NCBI GenBank assembly: GCA_964404855.1
Contig: CAYOLO010000001.1
Location: forward strand, 222,894 to 286,893
Direction: 5' to 3'
Length of the DNA: 64,000 bases
From: an uncultured Gammaproteobacteria bacterium
Lineage (GTDB): Bacteria > Patescibacteriota > Microgenomatia > CAYQLK01
Shown: one piece after another, positions 48,323 through 58,268 of the stretch
Layout: each line of letters starts with the position of its first letter
Numbering within the stretch: position 1 is the stretch's first letter
Notes under the pieces: generated by a model
Told to the model about the DNA's origin: nothing
The model's database searches: none
The model's input: only the letters and a program-made list of their open reading frames with translations
Translations under genes and position numbers: made by a program

Positions 48323-48856
48323 ATGAGCAAAAAAATTATTATTGGTTTAGGTAACCCAGGTGAAGAGTACGAAGAGACGAGACATAATATAGGCAAGGAG
48401 ATTGTTGGTGAAGTTGTGAGTGGTTTTGGTTTGAAATGGGTTGACTTAGGGTACGGCCAAAAGGCAGTTTTGAATAATACAGTTACTTTTTTTATCCCAA
48501 AGACATTTATGAACAATTCTGGAACGGCCGTGTACCAAATGTTGAAATCTGCTGATTTTTCTCCGATTCAGACATTGATAGTCAGAGATGATTTGGATAT
48601 GGAATTAGGTAAGGTTAAGGGGGTGGTTTTTAGGTCGGGTGCCGGAGGTCATAATGGAGTAGTTTCAATAATTGAAGAGCTTGGCACTAATGACTTTGGT
48701 CAAATAAAAATTGGTATTGGTAGACCAGAAAATAAAGATCAGATTGATGAGTTTGTAGTGGGAAAATTCACAGATCTTGAGAAGGAAACTATTGATGTAT
48801 CTCGTGTAGAGGTAATTTCAAGAATAAAAGATTGGATTAATAGTCGTGAAGAGTAG
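48323..48856 (+). CDS. pth: Peptidyl-tRNA hydrolase
   Basis: It has the N-terminal 'IIGLGNPGEEYEETRHNIG' and is about 177 aa. Confidence 0.85.
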   Translation: MSKKIIIGLGNPGEEYEETRHNIGKEIVGEVVSGFGLKWVDLGYGQKAVLNNTVTFFIPKTFMNNSGTAVYQMLKSADFSPIQTLIVRDDLDMELGKVKGVVFRSGAGGHNGVVSIIEELGTNDFGQIKIGIGRPENKDQIDEFVVGKFTDLEKETIDVSRVEVISRIKDWINSREE

Positions 48857-49151
48857 TGAAGTTGATAAGTTAACGATTACTGTTTTTGGTAGGGTGACTA
48901 TGGTTGGTTATCGGGCATTTGTGGCTAAAAGGGCACAAAAGTTAGGTTTGACTGGTTGGATAAGGAATTCAAAAGAGAAACTTTTTTTTCTAAATGGTGA
49001 GGTAGATGCTTATTTTGAGGGTTCTAAAAATGACCTTGAGCAGATTCTGGTTGAGTGTAAGCGGGGGCCGATAGGGTCAGGAGTAAAGCAGATTAAAACA
49101 AAGTGGGGAAGAGGTAAAAAGGTCTTTGGAAGTTTTGAGATCTTAAGATAA
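48846..49151 (+). CDS. acyP: Acylphosphatase
   Basis: 'VFGRVTMVGYRAFV…LGLTGWIRNS' matches the acylphosphatase signature, and it is about 100 aa. Confidence 0.75.
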   Translation: MKSSEVDKLTITVFGRVTMVGYRAFVAKRAQKLGLTGWIRNSKEKLFFLNGEVDAYFEGSKNDLEQILVECKRGPIGSGVKQIKTKWGRGKKVFGSFEILR

Positions 49152-49180
49152 TATTAGATTTAGGTAAAAAATTAATAATT

Positions 49181-49957
49181 TTGGTAGAATTGGCCGATAA
49201 TTTTTTGCAGAGACTGTTTATGCAGATTATAAAAAGAGTTTTAGGAAATAAAAAAGTTGATGAAAAGCCGGACTTTGATCCGGAGCTTTTGCCGAAGCAT
49301 GTAGTTCTTATTCCTGATGGTAATAGAAGATGGGCTAAGGAACGGCACTTGCCTTCGATAGAAGGCCACAGAAGGGGATTGGAGTTAGCTAAACAATTAG
49401 CAACTGCTTGTCGTGATTGGGGGATTAGAACTGTCTCGATTTGGGCTTTTTCGACTGAGAATTGGGGAAGAGCGAAAGAGGAGGTTGGATATTTAATGAA
49501 GGCATTTGATCAGTATTTGAACGATAATCTCAAACAGTTTATTGAAGACGGAGCCAGAATAAGAATTTTGGGAAGGAAAGACAGAATTCCAAAACATTTA
49601 TTAAAAACGATTGAGAAAGTTGAAAAAATGACAGCTAAAGGGAATGAGTATCAGTTAAATATTTGTTTGGATTATGGTGGAAGGGATGAAATAATTAGGG
49701 CTGTAAATGGACTTATAAAGAAAGGTAAAAGTGTTACTGAACAGGTTTTTTCAGATACGCTCGATACTGCTGGATTACCTGATCCGGATTTTATAATTAG
49801 AACTTCGGGGGAGATGAGAACTTCGGGAATGATGCCTTGGCAGGCGGCTTATGCGGAATATTATTTTTCGCCTGTTTATTTTCCTGATTTTAATGTAGAT
49901 AGGTTAAGGGAAGCGATTGCTTCTTTTGCAAGCAGACAAAGGCGTTTTGGTAAGTAA
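49181..49957 (+). CDS. uppS: Undecaprenyl diphosphate synthase (cis-prenyltransferase)
   Basis: It has 'HVVLIPDGNRRWA' and a C-terminal 'RTSGE…R' region. Confidence 0.85.
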   Translation: MVELADNFLQRLFMQIIKRVLGNKKVDEKPDFDPELLPKHVVLIPDGNRRWAKERHLPSIEGHRRGLELAKQLATACRDWGIRTVSIWAFSTENWGRAKEEVGYLMKAFDQYLNDNLKQFIEDGARIRILGRKDRIPKHLLKTIEKVEKMTAKGNEYQLNICLDYGGRDEIIRAVNGLIKKGKSVTEQVFSDTLDTAGLPDPDFIIRTSGEMRTSGMMPWQAAYAEYYFSPVYFPDFNVDRLREAIASFASRQRRFGK

Positions 49958-49974
49958 AAAAAATAAAAAAAATT

Positions 49975-50514
49975 ATGTTAGATAAAAGTAGTCAGAGAGT
50001 GGGAGTTTTTCTTGATGTAGCCAATTTATACCATTCGGCAAAGTCTTTATATAATGCAAGGGTAGATTTTCAGGAGTTACTTAATGAGGCGATTGGAAAC
50101 AGAAAGTTAGTTAGGGCTTTGGGGTACACGGTTTCTTCAGGTGAAGAGGATGAGAAGGAGTTTTTTTCAGCACTAAATAAAATGGGCGTTGAGGTGAGAA
50201 CTAAGGAATTGCAGACATTTTCATCAGGTAAGCAAAAAGGAAATATGGATATGGAGATTGCGATTGAGGCGATGGCGATGGCACCCAAGTTGGATGTGAT
50301 TATTCTTGGAAGCGGTGATGGCGATTTTTCGGTGTTGGTAAACTATCTAAAAAGTATGAGTTGTTTAGTTGAGGTTGTGGCTTTTGGAAAGAGTACTTCA
50401 TCAAAATTAATTGAATCCGCCGATAGGTTTGTTGACTTGGACGGTGATGTGCCAAGGTTTACCAGAATAAGAAATCGAGGAATCGTATCAAAGGTTATAA
50501 GAAACAGAAGGTAA
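49975..50514 (+). CDS. NYN-domain (LabA-like) protein
   Basis: It has 'VGVFLDVANLY' and an Asp-rich PIN-like core. Confidence 0.65.
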   Translation: MLDKSSQRVGVFLDVANLYHSAKSLYNARVDFQELLNEAIGNRKLVRALGYTVSSGEEDEKEFFSALNKMGVEVRTKELQTFSSGKQKGNMDMEIAIEAMAMAPKLDVIILGSGDGDFSVLVNYLKSMSCLVEVVAFGKSTSSKLIESADRFVDLDGDVPRFTRIRNRGIVSKVIRNRR

Positions 50515-50530
50515 AGAGTCAAAAAATAAA

Positions 50531-51604
50531 ATGTTTCGACTGGACGATATTGACGAACTAAAAAAATTTAATAACTCTCATTTGGCTGATTCGATTCGTG
50601 GTTTAGATAAGCAAGTTGAACAGGTTTTTGAAGACTTAAAAAGTTTTGAATATTCGGAAAAATATAAAGGGATAGGGAATATTGTTGTTTGTGGAATGGG
50701 TGGATCTGGTTTGGGTATGAGGGTTTTTCAGAGTGTGTTTTCAGATAAGGTAAAAGTTCCAATGGAACTTATAAATGGCTACTCTCTGCCTAATTATGTA
50801 GATAGTGATACTTTGGTTATGCTTTGTTCGTATTCCGGATCAACTGAAGAGGTTTTGTCTTGTTTTGTTGACGCGCAAAGAAGAAACGCAAAAATTAGTT
50901 ATTTTTGTGCTGGAGGAGAATTGGCTGATAAGGCGTCAAGTGCTGGTGCGGAAGGGTATGTATTTGATCCAAAAAATAATCCGTCTAATCAACCAAGAAT
51001 GGGGCTTGGTTATGCGATAACAGCTCAAATTGTCCTTTTTGCTAAATTGGGTTTAATTGAATTTAGTCAGGAGGATAGAGAGAGTATTTTGAATTCTATT
51101 AAGGAAACTAATTTTAGATTTGGGGAATTAGTGGTAACTGAGAATAATCAAGCCAAAAGGGTGGCTTTGGAGATTTTGGATAGACAGCCGGCGATTGTTG
51201 GAGCTGAACACTTGAGAGGATTGGCGTGGGTTATGAGAAATCAAATTCATGAGAATGCAAAAAATTATGCAAATGCTTATTTTTTGCCAGAGCTAAATCA
51301 CCATCTATTAGAAGGTTTGGGTTATCCGGAAGGTATAGAAGAAAAATTGTATTTTGTAATGTTGGAGTCAGAAAATTATTCCAAAAGAATCAAACAACGA
51401 TTTGAAATAACCAGAAAAGTTTTGGATAAACAGTCGGTTGAATATGCAATTTTTGTTCCGGATCAGAAATCGTTATTGGGTGAAATTTATGAAGTTTTAG
51501 TGTTTGGGTCTTGGGTTTCTTATTATTTGGCATATTTAAATGGCATAGATCCAGCACCGATACCGTTTGTTGATTTTTTCAAGGAAGAATTGGGCAAGTT
51601 ATAG
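50531..51604 (+). CDS. SIS-domain bifunctional phosphoglucose/phosphomannose isomerase (archaeal-type)
   Basis: It has the 'VVCGMGGSGLGMRVF' SIS motif and a two-SIS architecture, and is about 357 aa. Confidence 0.7.
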   Translation: MFRLDDIDELKKFNNSHLADSIRGLDKQVEQVFEDLKSFEYSEKYKGIGNIVVCGMGGSGLGMRVFQSVFSDKVKVPMELINGYSLPNYVDSDTLVMLCSYSGSTEEVLSCFVDAQRRNAKISYFCAGGELADKASSAGAEGYVFDPKNNPSNQPRMGLGYAITAQIVLFAKLGLIEFSQEDRESILNSIKETNFRFGELVVTENNQAKRVALEILDRQPAIVGAEHLRGLAWVMRNQIHENAKNYANAYFLPELNHHLLEGLGYPEGIEEKLYFVMLESENYSKRIKQRFEITRKVLDKQSVEYAIFVPDQKSLLGEIYEVLVFGSWVSYYLAYLNGIDPAPIPFVDFFKEELGKL

Positions 51605-51638
51605 CCTGAATTTGTTTTGACATATTGTCTCAACGATT

Positions 51639-54600
51639 GTGTTGTTTTATTATTTGGGGCAGTATATGGCTGCCTCAAAAAATGATTATCCAGTATATAG
51701 ATTGACGCTTAGTCGCAAGAGTAAGTTTGGCGGGGCGTTAAAGAAATTGGTCGTTTTGAATGTTTTGTCTTTGTTAATTTTTTCTTCACTTTTTGCCCCA
51801 CTTATACAATTTAATATTTTGAACTCTAGACCATTAGATGGGCTGTTTGAAGCTATGGCGGCCGAGCAAAGTTTTGACGATGAGTCTCCACAGACTGATA
51901 AAGAAATCGTTATTATCAGAGAGGTTTGTGGAATATCAGGTTCGGTTGAGGTGACTTTTGCGTGGAAAGAAATTGATAACGCTTCGAAATACAGTTTAGA
52001 GATTTCGAGAATGGCTGAATTTGACCCTGCATCGACATTAACAGCAGTAACTTCGTCACTGGAACACACAGTAACATTGGAGGCAGATGTAAGGTTTAGA
52101 GTTAGAGTGGTTGGCGAAGGTCAAAATGGCGAGACAAAATCGTCACTGGCTGCTACCTATTACAACACTGATTGTGCACAAGAAAAAGAGACAAATAGAT
52201 TGGCAGCTTATTCCAAAACGTTAAGTGAAAATATTGGAGCGGGTGGTAGTGGTGCAGTCGCTGGGGAAAAACTGATTGCTCAGTCTAGCTCAATGACTTG
52301 TACTATGAATCCCGATAATGTGTTTAGTATTAATGTAGGACCGTCGACGGTAGTTACTAATTTTAGTGTCAATATTAATAATCTTGATCAGGGTGAATTA
52401 TATGTTGGCGCAACTTATGTGGATGGTACGGTAAGGTTTTTTAAGCAACAGCCAAACGCGGAGCTAACTTTGTCGGGCAATGCCAGAATTCGTGCTGGAG
52501 CAGATCAGGGATATTATAATTCCTCGTCTCAGGGTGGAAATAAGACAATGTATTTTTCTATCTATACAGATGGGGGGCATGTAGCCCAACAGAATGCATA
52601 TACGCTTAGCGCTTTTTATGTTCAGACAGTTGTTAATGGTCAGCAAGTAGGAAGCAATAAACAGTGTAATGGTGCTTCAAGCGGTTTGGGTGGACTAGTA
52701 ATTCATACTGTAGCCAGTGCTACGCCAACACCAACACCAACAAGGACGCCAACACCAACAAGAACACCTACGCCTACGCCAACAACAACGGCTGCAACAC
52801 CTACACCAACAAGAACACCTACGCCTACGCCAACAACAACGGCTGCAACACCTACACCAACAACTCCAGTTAGTGCGATGACTTGTAAAATGAATCCTGA
52901 TACGACATTTAATTTGACAGTTGGATCATCTCCGGTTGAGCAGAATTTTAATATTACTGTTTCAAATCTTGAAAAAGGAGAGTTGTATGTTGGGGCTACA
53001 TATGTTGATGGGACTGTAAGATTTTTCAAACAACAGCCGAATGCAGAATTGTCGTTATCTGGCAACGCTAGGATTAAATCGTCATCTGATCAAGGATTTT
53101 ATAACTCTCCAAGTGCTGGAGGAAGTAAGACTTTTAACTTTTCAATCTCATTAGACTCTAATCATGTTGCACAGAGTAGGGCATATGAACTTAGCGCTTT
53201 TTATGTTCAGACAGTTGTTAATGGTCAGCAAGTAGGAAGCAATAAACAGTGTAATGGTGCTTCAAGCGGTTTGGGTGGAATGGTGATTAATACCCTTGCT
53301 GGACCAACTCCGACTCCGACACCAACACCGCCTTCAGTTGGTACTTTTTCGATTAGTTATTCTGGGGTGTCTTCAGTTGAATCATTAGATCGTGGTCAAA
53401 ACAAAACATTTAGTGTTATTTATAAAGATACAGGTGGTTGGGGAGGGAAACCTGTAGAGATTTATGTTAACGATAGTGCTTTGACGAGTAATAATACAGC
53501 TTCTTTGGACAACGGAAATGTCTATTTGTCTTTTGTTCAAAAAACGATTTATCCAACGACAACTCAACAGTCTTTGTCTTTTACATTGAGCGCGAACGAG
53601 TATGCGGCCGCAAAGGACTTTGTTTTTAAGTTACAGGGTTTATATGTCGCGTCTTCTCTAGTTCTACCGTCATCATCGTCAACTGGTTTTGCGGTATCGA
53701 ATCAGTTTACCGCTCGAGTTGCTGCCCCTGTTAGTCCAACACCTACTGCGACCAGCGTTCAAAACACGCCTACTCCTACAACTACGGTTCAAAACACGCC
53801 TACTCCTACTACCTTTGTTTCAAATATGGCCTGTGTGATGAATCCGGCTAGTGGGGTATTTAATATTCAGGCAAGTTCGACTCAACAGACTCTTTCGCCG
53901 TTTACAATAACGGCTAATAATTTGGACAGAGGAGAATTGTACATTGGAGTCAACTATGAGGAAGCAGGAGTGTACAAGTTTTTTAATTATGAACCGAACA
54001 ACACAATTATCTTATCGGATCAGCCTAATTTTTCTGCAACGATAAGATCGGAAGATACGGGTTACTACAACTCTCCAGGAGGTGGTTCAAAAACATTTAG
54101 GTTTAATATTATTCTGAGTGCAAATCATCCAGGTGCAACTCCAGCTTATCGTTTACCGGAAATCTATATTCAAACTGTAGATCGAAGCAGTGGAACAGCT
54201 CAGCAGATTGGTAGCAACAAGAACTGTACGACTAATGGTATTACCGTAAACACAATCGGTGCACCAACCCCAACAGCGACTAATGCACCGACTTCGACGC
54301 CGACTCCAACAGTCACTCCGTCAGCTAATATTGCCTGTTCGTTAAGTGTTACGGCTACTAATTTTGTTCGTGGAACCGCGGCAAGTAGTTTGGGAAATAT
54401 AGTGATGAGTGGAGGAGTAAGTGGAACAGCATATTATATTGGCTTAATTAGTGGAGTAAATAACACTCTTTTTGCAAATCAACCTGGAAATAAAATTGAA
54501 ATTGGAGATAAAGATTTTAATCCATTAAAAGTTTATCCACAGGCAACTACATTCTCTGGTTCTAGCGGTCAGACTGCAGTGTTTATTGATCCGTCAAATA

Positions 54601-57600
54601 CGGTTTTAAGTGGAAGTTACAGTTTTGAACTGGGCTTGTTTACACAATCAGCTGTTTTGGTTAAGAATTGTGGAAATCCTGTTACTCTGACTGTTTCGGA
54701 TGGGGGATCTAATCCGACACCACTAGGCAAAGTAACACTTGAAACATGTAGTAATGGCAAGGTTAACGCTACTTTGGACTGGTCGCTTTGGTCCTCGACA
54801 ATTGGATCAACTCCAACAAAATATATTTGGGAATATAATTATGGGGGATTAATTGGGACAGGAGAGAGTGGGTATACAACCAGTGAAAGTTTTTCAAGAA
54901 CAGCAAATATAACAGGGCTTACTTCTCAATCAGAAATTGCTTGGAGAGCTAAGGCGTATAACGGTACTACTTTGTTAGCAACCTCTCCGGTTTTTACTCA
55001 CACAATAATATATTGTGAGCCACCAGTAGCTACAGGAACGACTGGTGTAGGTGATTCAATAATGTTGGGAGCAAAGAGTACTTTGGAAGCAAATATTCCA
55101 GGAATTGATATTGATGCGGTTGTGAGTCGAGGGGCAGCAGCAGGAATTTCAGTATTACAAGCAAAACTGGATTCTGGAACCCTTGGAGCCAAAGTAATAG
55201 TTGGATTAGGAACTAATAATGGAATTACTGATTCTCAAATTGATCAAATTGCTTCAATAGTTGCGTCTCCGAGAAAACTTTTCTTGATTACTGTAAAAGT
55301 TCCTCAAGGCCATGAATCTTCATCAAACAACACGATTATAAATGGAGCCAGTAGGCATGGGGCTACATTAATTGATTGGTATTCGAATTCGATTAATCAT
55401 CCCGAATATTTTGCGTCTGACGGAATACATTTAACTGGCCAAGGTATTAGTGCTTATTCAAACCTAGTTTTGGCTGCATTAGGCTCAGCTCCAGTGACTA
55501 CACCACCAGGCGAGTTTACAGTTTTGAATAGAGTGTTTAATTGTGTTGATGCGAATAATATAAATATTGTTTTCACTTGGTCTCAGTCATCAGGAGCTGT
55601 CAGATATGATTTGTATTGGGAGAGGACTCCAAATGGTACGGCCTCGTTTGATATTAGAGACGAACAATATCTTGCTGGCTCAAGTACAACTCTTAGCCAT
55701 TCCAACTCAACATTTGCTCCGAACCAGAGACTTTGGTATGACGTAAAAGCCGTAAGTGCCAGCGGTGGAAGTGTTTGGTCCAAGAATGGTACATATTATG
55801 TCGACTTGCCAACTTGTTCATCTCCAACCGCAACGCCGACAAATACTCCAGTACCAACTGCAACAGCTACGCCAACGAAAACCCCAACAAATGTACCAAC
55901 CGCAACGCCGACAAATACTCCAGTACCAACGGCTACCCCAACTCCACAAATTGCTATGTCTTGCTCGATTAATCCAACATTGCTTGCATTAAAAACTGGC
56001 CAAATATTGCCATTTACAGTGACGGTAAATAATCTTGATCAAGGAGAATTGTATGTAGGTGCTTACTATTTTGACGATCCAAATGGACACTTCTTTAAGC
56101 TTCAAAGCGGAATAGTTACACTTAGTGACCAAGCCAGAATTGTTTCGGCTGATGCAAGTGCAGGGTATTATCAATCAGCTTCAGGTGGCGGATCGAGACA
56201 GTTTGCGTTTAAGATTGAGGCTGATGCTAATGGCCCAGTTGGTCAATATACTTTAAGAGAATTTTTTATTCAGACAGTTAGGAATGGACAGTTTATTCGA
56301 AATACAAATTGTGTAACTGGAGGAACTCAATTAGTTATTAATGTTAGTGCAGGCATAGTGCCAACAAATACTCCTACAAAAACTCCAACGCCAACCGCAA
56401 CGCCTCAACCTGGAACGCCCACAAATACTCCTGCAGTTAATACTCCTACACCAACCATAACGAGTACGCCTGGAAACTTTAAGCCAGTAATTAGTGATAC
56501 TTCTGCAAAATGTAGTTCAATTAGCAACGCAGAAATCTTAGTTAATTGGGGAGCTGTTAGTGGTATCGAGGGCTTTGGAATTGAAATGACGACTGCAGCG
56601 TTTAGCCCATCTGACTTTAGTTACTTTAGGTACCCATCAGATTGGAGCAATTTAACAAGTCTATATCAACAGACAAGAATTAGTGATTATGGTTTTATTT
56701 CGAATACAAATTATCAGATTAGGATAACGGCAATTAAATCTGATGGAACTCAATATCAATCCGATGTTCAAACTGTACAAACTGGTGACTGTGCGAAATT
56801 ATCAGCTGATGTCGGTGGCCTGAATGGTTCGGCGTCTAACAAGCTAGTGCCAATGACAATTGGTGGAGATGTTGTACCAAACGCCTTCGTGGCAGTTGCT
56901 TTGTATAACAACGGTTGGGAGAGGCCTGTTCAAATTGAGGTTAAGGGAGTTGGCGGGGTTTATCAGCCAATAACTGCTTCTGGTCAGGAAGTACAAATTG
57001 GTGCAGGAGTATTTGTTAAGGCTAAAGCGTCTGGAACACTTACTTCGCCGTTTGCAAAAAACGCACCTTCATATCGAGAGATATCTTATCGAACAGTGTA
57101 CTTTGATGCTTATGCAACGGCAGATGCGCAGGTTGGTAGCGATCCGATTTTTATGATTAGAATTAAAGATGGGGCTGTTTATTATGATGGTGCTAGTTAC
57201 GGGGCTGCAATTCCGATTGCGAAAAAAGCTACATATAATGGAACAAAAGAGTCGGGGTTTGAGTTTATGAAGGTATTGACTGGTGGAGCTAACGGAGGAG
57301 GGTGTAGAGGGTCGAGTTGTTACGAGGTGAATTACAATCCTCAAAGGGCAAAATTACTGGTAGGAATGTGGGGAACGGAATCTGGTTGGAGTACTGTGGG
57401 TACCAGTGGGTGTGACCAGTTTGGATGTCACTCAGAATCAATGTACTCATTCGGTGCAACCGATTGGGACAGATGGGGTGGCGAGACAGGGTTTTATGAT
57501 AGTAGTTTGCCGAATAGTGGAAGGGGTAATTTTGAGACAGAAACACGGGCTGTTGATAGGATGTTTACTCAATCGTTTAACGACCCTTCGTCAGGATCGT

Positions 57601-57755
57601 TCCGAATGTATGCGCCAACATATTTTGGCCCATGGAATTTAGGGGATGATAATCCAACATATGGTGGAAACTGGTGCACGCATCCATCAAATGGATATAG
57701 AGCTGCTTATAATACGGGACTACTTAACGACTTAGGGCCTAACTGTTACGATTAA
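51639..57755 (+). CDS. Giant (2038 aa) secreted/surface multidomain protein with Pro/Thr-rich linkers, repeated Cys-containing modules, FN3-like modules and an SGNH (GDSL) hydrolase domain
   Basis: It has an N-terminal TM/signal. PT linkers recur at about 52720-52870, 53290-53330, 53740-53820, 54250-54310, 55820-55940 and 56360-56470. Four paralogous modules of about 145 aa begin at about 52290, 52880, 53825 and 55960. The SGNH motifs are GDSIM, GLGTNNG and DGIHLT, at about 55040-55480. The C-terminal roughly 420 aa form a Cys/Trp/Gly-rich domain. Confidence 0.7.
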   Translation: MLFYYLGQYMAASKNDYPVYRLTLSRKSKFGGALKKLVVLNVLSLLIFSSLFAPLIQFNILNSRPLDGLFEAMAAEQSFDDESPQTDKEIVIIREVCGISGSVEVTFAWKEIDNASKYSLEISRMAEFDPASTLTAVTSSLEHTVTLEADVRFRVRVVGEGQNGETKSSLAATYYNTDCAQEKETNRLAAYSKTLSENIGAGGSGAVAGEKLIAQSSSMTCTMNPDNVFSINVGPSTVVTNFSVNINNLDQGELYVGATYVDGTVRFFKQQPNAELTLSGNARIRAGADQGYYNSSSQGGNKTMYFSIYTDGGHVAQQNAYTLSAFYVQTVVNGQQVGSNKQCNGASSGLGGLVIHTVASATPTPTPTRTPTPTRTPTPTPTTTAATPTPTRTPTPTPTTTAATPTPTTPVSAMTCKMNPDTTFNLTVGSSPVEQNFNITVSNLEKGELYVGATYVDGTVRFFKQQPNAELSLSGNARIKSSSDQGFYNSPSAGGSKTFNFSISLDSNHVAQSRAYELSAFYVQTVVNGQQVGSNKQCNGASSGLGGMVINTLAGPTPTPTPTPPSVGTFSISYSGVSSVESLDRGQNKTFSVIYKDTGGWGGKPVEIYVNDSALTSNNTASLDNGNVYLSFVQKTIYPTTTQQSLSFTLSANEYAAAKDFVFKLQGLYVASSLVLPSSSSTGFAVSNQFTARVAAPVSPTPTATSVQNTPTPTTTVQNTPTPTTFVSNMACVMNPASGVFNIQASSTQQTLSPFTITANNLDRGELYIGVNYEEAGVYKFFNYEPNNTIILSDQPNFSATIRSEDTGYYNSPGGGSKTFRFNIILSANHPGATPAYRLPEIYIQTVDRSSGTAQQIGSNKNCTTNGITVNTIGAPTPTATNAPTSTPTPTVTPSANIACSLSVTATNFVRGTAASSLGNIVMSGGVSGTAYYIGLISGVNNTLFANQPGNKIEIGDKDFNPLKVYPQATTFSGSSGQTAVFIDPSNTVLSGSYSFELGLFTQSAVLVKNCGNPVTLTVSDGGSNPTPLGKVTLETCSNGKVNATLDWSLWSSTIGSTPTKYIWEYNYGGLIGTGESGYTTSESFSRTANITGLTSQSEIAWRAKAYNGTTLLATSPVFTHTIIYCEPPVATGTTGVGDSIMLGAKSTLEANIPGIDIDAVVSRGAAAGISVLQAKLDSGTLGAKVIVGLGTNNGITDSQIDQIASIVASPRKLFLITVKVPQGHESSSNNTIINGASRHGATLIDWYSNSINHPEYFASDGIHLTGQGISAYSNLVLAALGSAPVTTPPGEFTVLNRVFNCVDANNINIVFTWSQSSGAVRYDLYWERTPNGTASFDIRDEQYLAGSSTTLSHSNSTFAPNQRLWYDVKAVSASGGSVWSKNGTYYVDLPTCSSPTATPTNTPVPTATATPTKTPTNVPTATPTNTPVPTATPTPQIAMSCSINPTLLALKTGQILPFTVTVNNLDQGELYVGAYYFDDPNGHFFKLQSGIVTLSDQARIVSADASAGYYQSASGGGSRQFAFKIEADANGPVGQYTLREFFIQTVRNGQFIRNTNCVTGGTQLVINVSAGIVPTNTPTKTPTPTATPQPGTPTNTPAVNTPTPTITSTPGNFKPVISDTSAKCSSISNAEILVNWGAVSGIEGFGIEMTTAAFSPSDFSYFRYPSDWSNLTSLYQQTRISDYGFISNTNYQIRITAIKSDGTQYQSDVQTVQTGDCAKLSADVGGLNGSASNKLVPMTIGGDVVPNAFVAVALYNNGWERPVQIEVKGVGGVYQPITASGQEVQIGAGVFVKAKASGTLTSPFAKNAPSYREISYRTVYFDAYATADAQVGSDPIFMIRIKDGAVYYDGASYGAAIPIAKKATYNGTKESGFEFMKVLTGGANGGGCRGSSCYEVNYNPQRAKLLVGMWGTESGWSTVGTSGCDQFGCHSESMYSFGATDWDRWGGETGFYDSSLPNSGRGNFETETRAVDRMFTQSFNDPSSGSFRMYAPTYFGPWNLGDDNPTYGGNWCTHPSNGYRAAYNTGLLNDLGPNCYD
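52285..53325 (+). repeat. Two tandem near-identical copies, about 450 bp each, of a protein module inside the giant gene. A third copy is at about 53823-54260 and a fourth at about 55957-56350.
   Basis: Long identical nucleotide runs are shared, for example 'agcgctttttatgttcagacagttgttaatggtcagcaagtaggaagcaataaacagtgtaatggtgcttcaagcggtttgggtgga' at about 52607-52696 and about 53195-53284. Confidence 0.7.
52758..52859 (+). repeat. Perfect 2 x 51-nt tandem repeat encoding the PT linker (RTPTPTPTTTAATPTPT x2)
   Basis: The unit 'acaagaacacctacgcctacgccaacaacaacggctgcaacacctacacca' occurs at 52758 and again at 52809. Confidence 0.75.
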
Positions 57756-57758
57756 AAT

Positions 57759-58253
57759 ATGGAAAATAACTTGGATATGCCAAATAGTACTAATAATAAA
57801 CGACTTACAAAAAAACACTTGTTGATATTTGGTTTAGTAACACTTGTGATTGGTGTTGGTGTGCATATGTTTACCAGAAGTAATAAGCCTAATTACGAAC
57901 AAGCCGATTTGGTTAAAACCGAACTTTATATTGATCCTAAAGTAGAAGATTTGGCTAGTTTTGTTTCAGAATTGCCTTATGAAACCGAAGGTTATATGGT
58001 TGAATATTATCCAAACTCTGGATTTTATTTCATTACATTACGAGGTCAAACTGATGCGGAAGTAAATAATAATAAGAATAAGGCGAATGATTGGATTGTT
58101 TCTCATACGGCTTTTTCAGAAAACAATAGTTTTTGTGGGCAAAAATACCAAATAGTATTACCACCTAAGGGTGATAATGTTGAGGTTAATAACTTGGAAA
58201 GTATGTTGACAATGCCGGGCTGTAATTACGCAAAACCTGAGAATACAAATTAA
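57759..58253 (+). CDS. Small secreted/membrane-anchored hypothetical protein
   Basis: A 164-aa ORF with an N-terminal TM, starting 4 nt after the giant gene's stop. Confidence 0.4.
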   Translation: MENNLDMPNSTNNKRLTKKHLLIFGLVTLVIGVGVHMFTRSNKPNYEQADLVKTELYIDPKVEDLASFVSELPYETEGYMVEYYPNSGFYFITLRGQTDAEVNNNKNKANDWIVSHTAFSENNSFCGQKYQIVLPPKGDNVEVNNLESMLTMPGCNYAKPENTN

Positions 58254-58268
58254 ACGAAAATAGAATTT

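Noticed and set aside
52700-52870. Short direct repeats resembling a CRISPR array
   Set aside because: The repeats are in-frame codon repeats (Pro-Thr linker) inside a long ORF, with a 51-nt period and no spacer/repeat alternation. This is a coding tandem duplication, not CRISPR.
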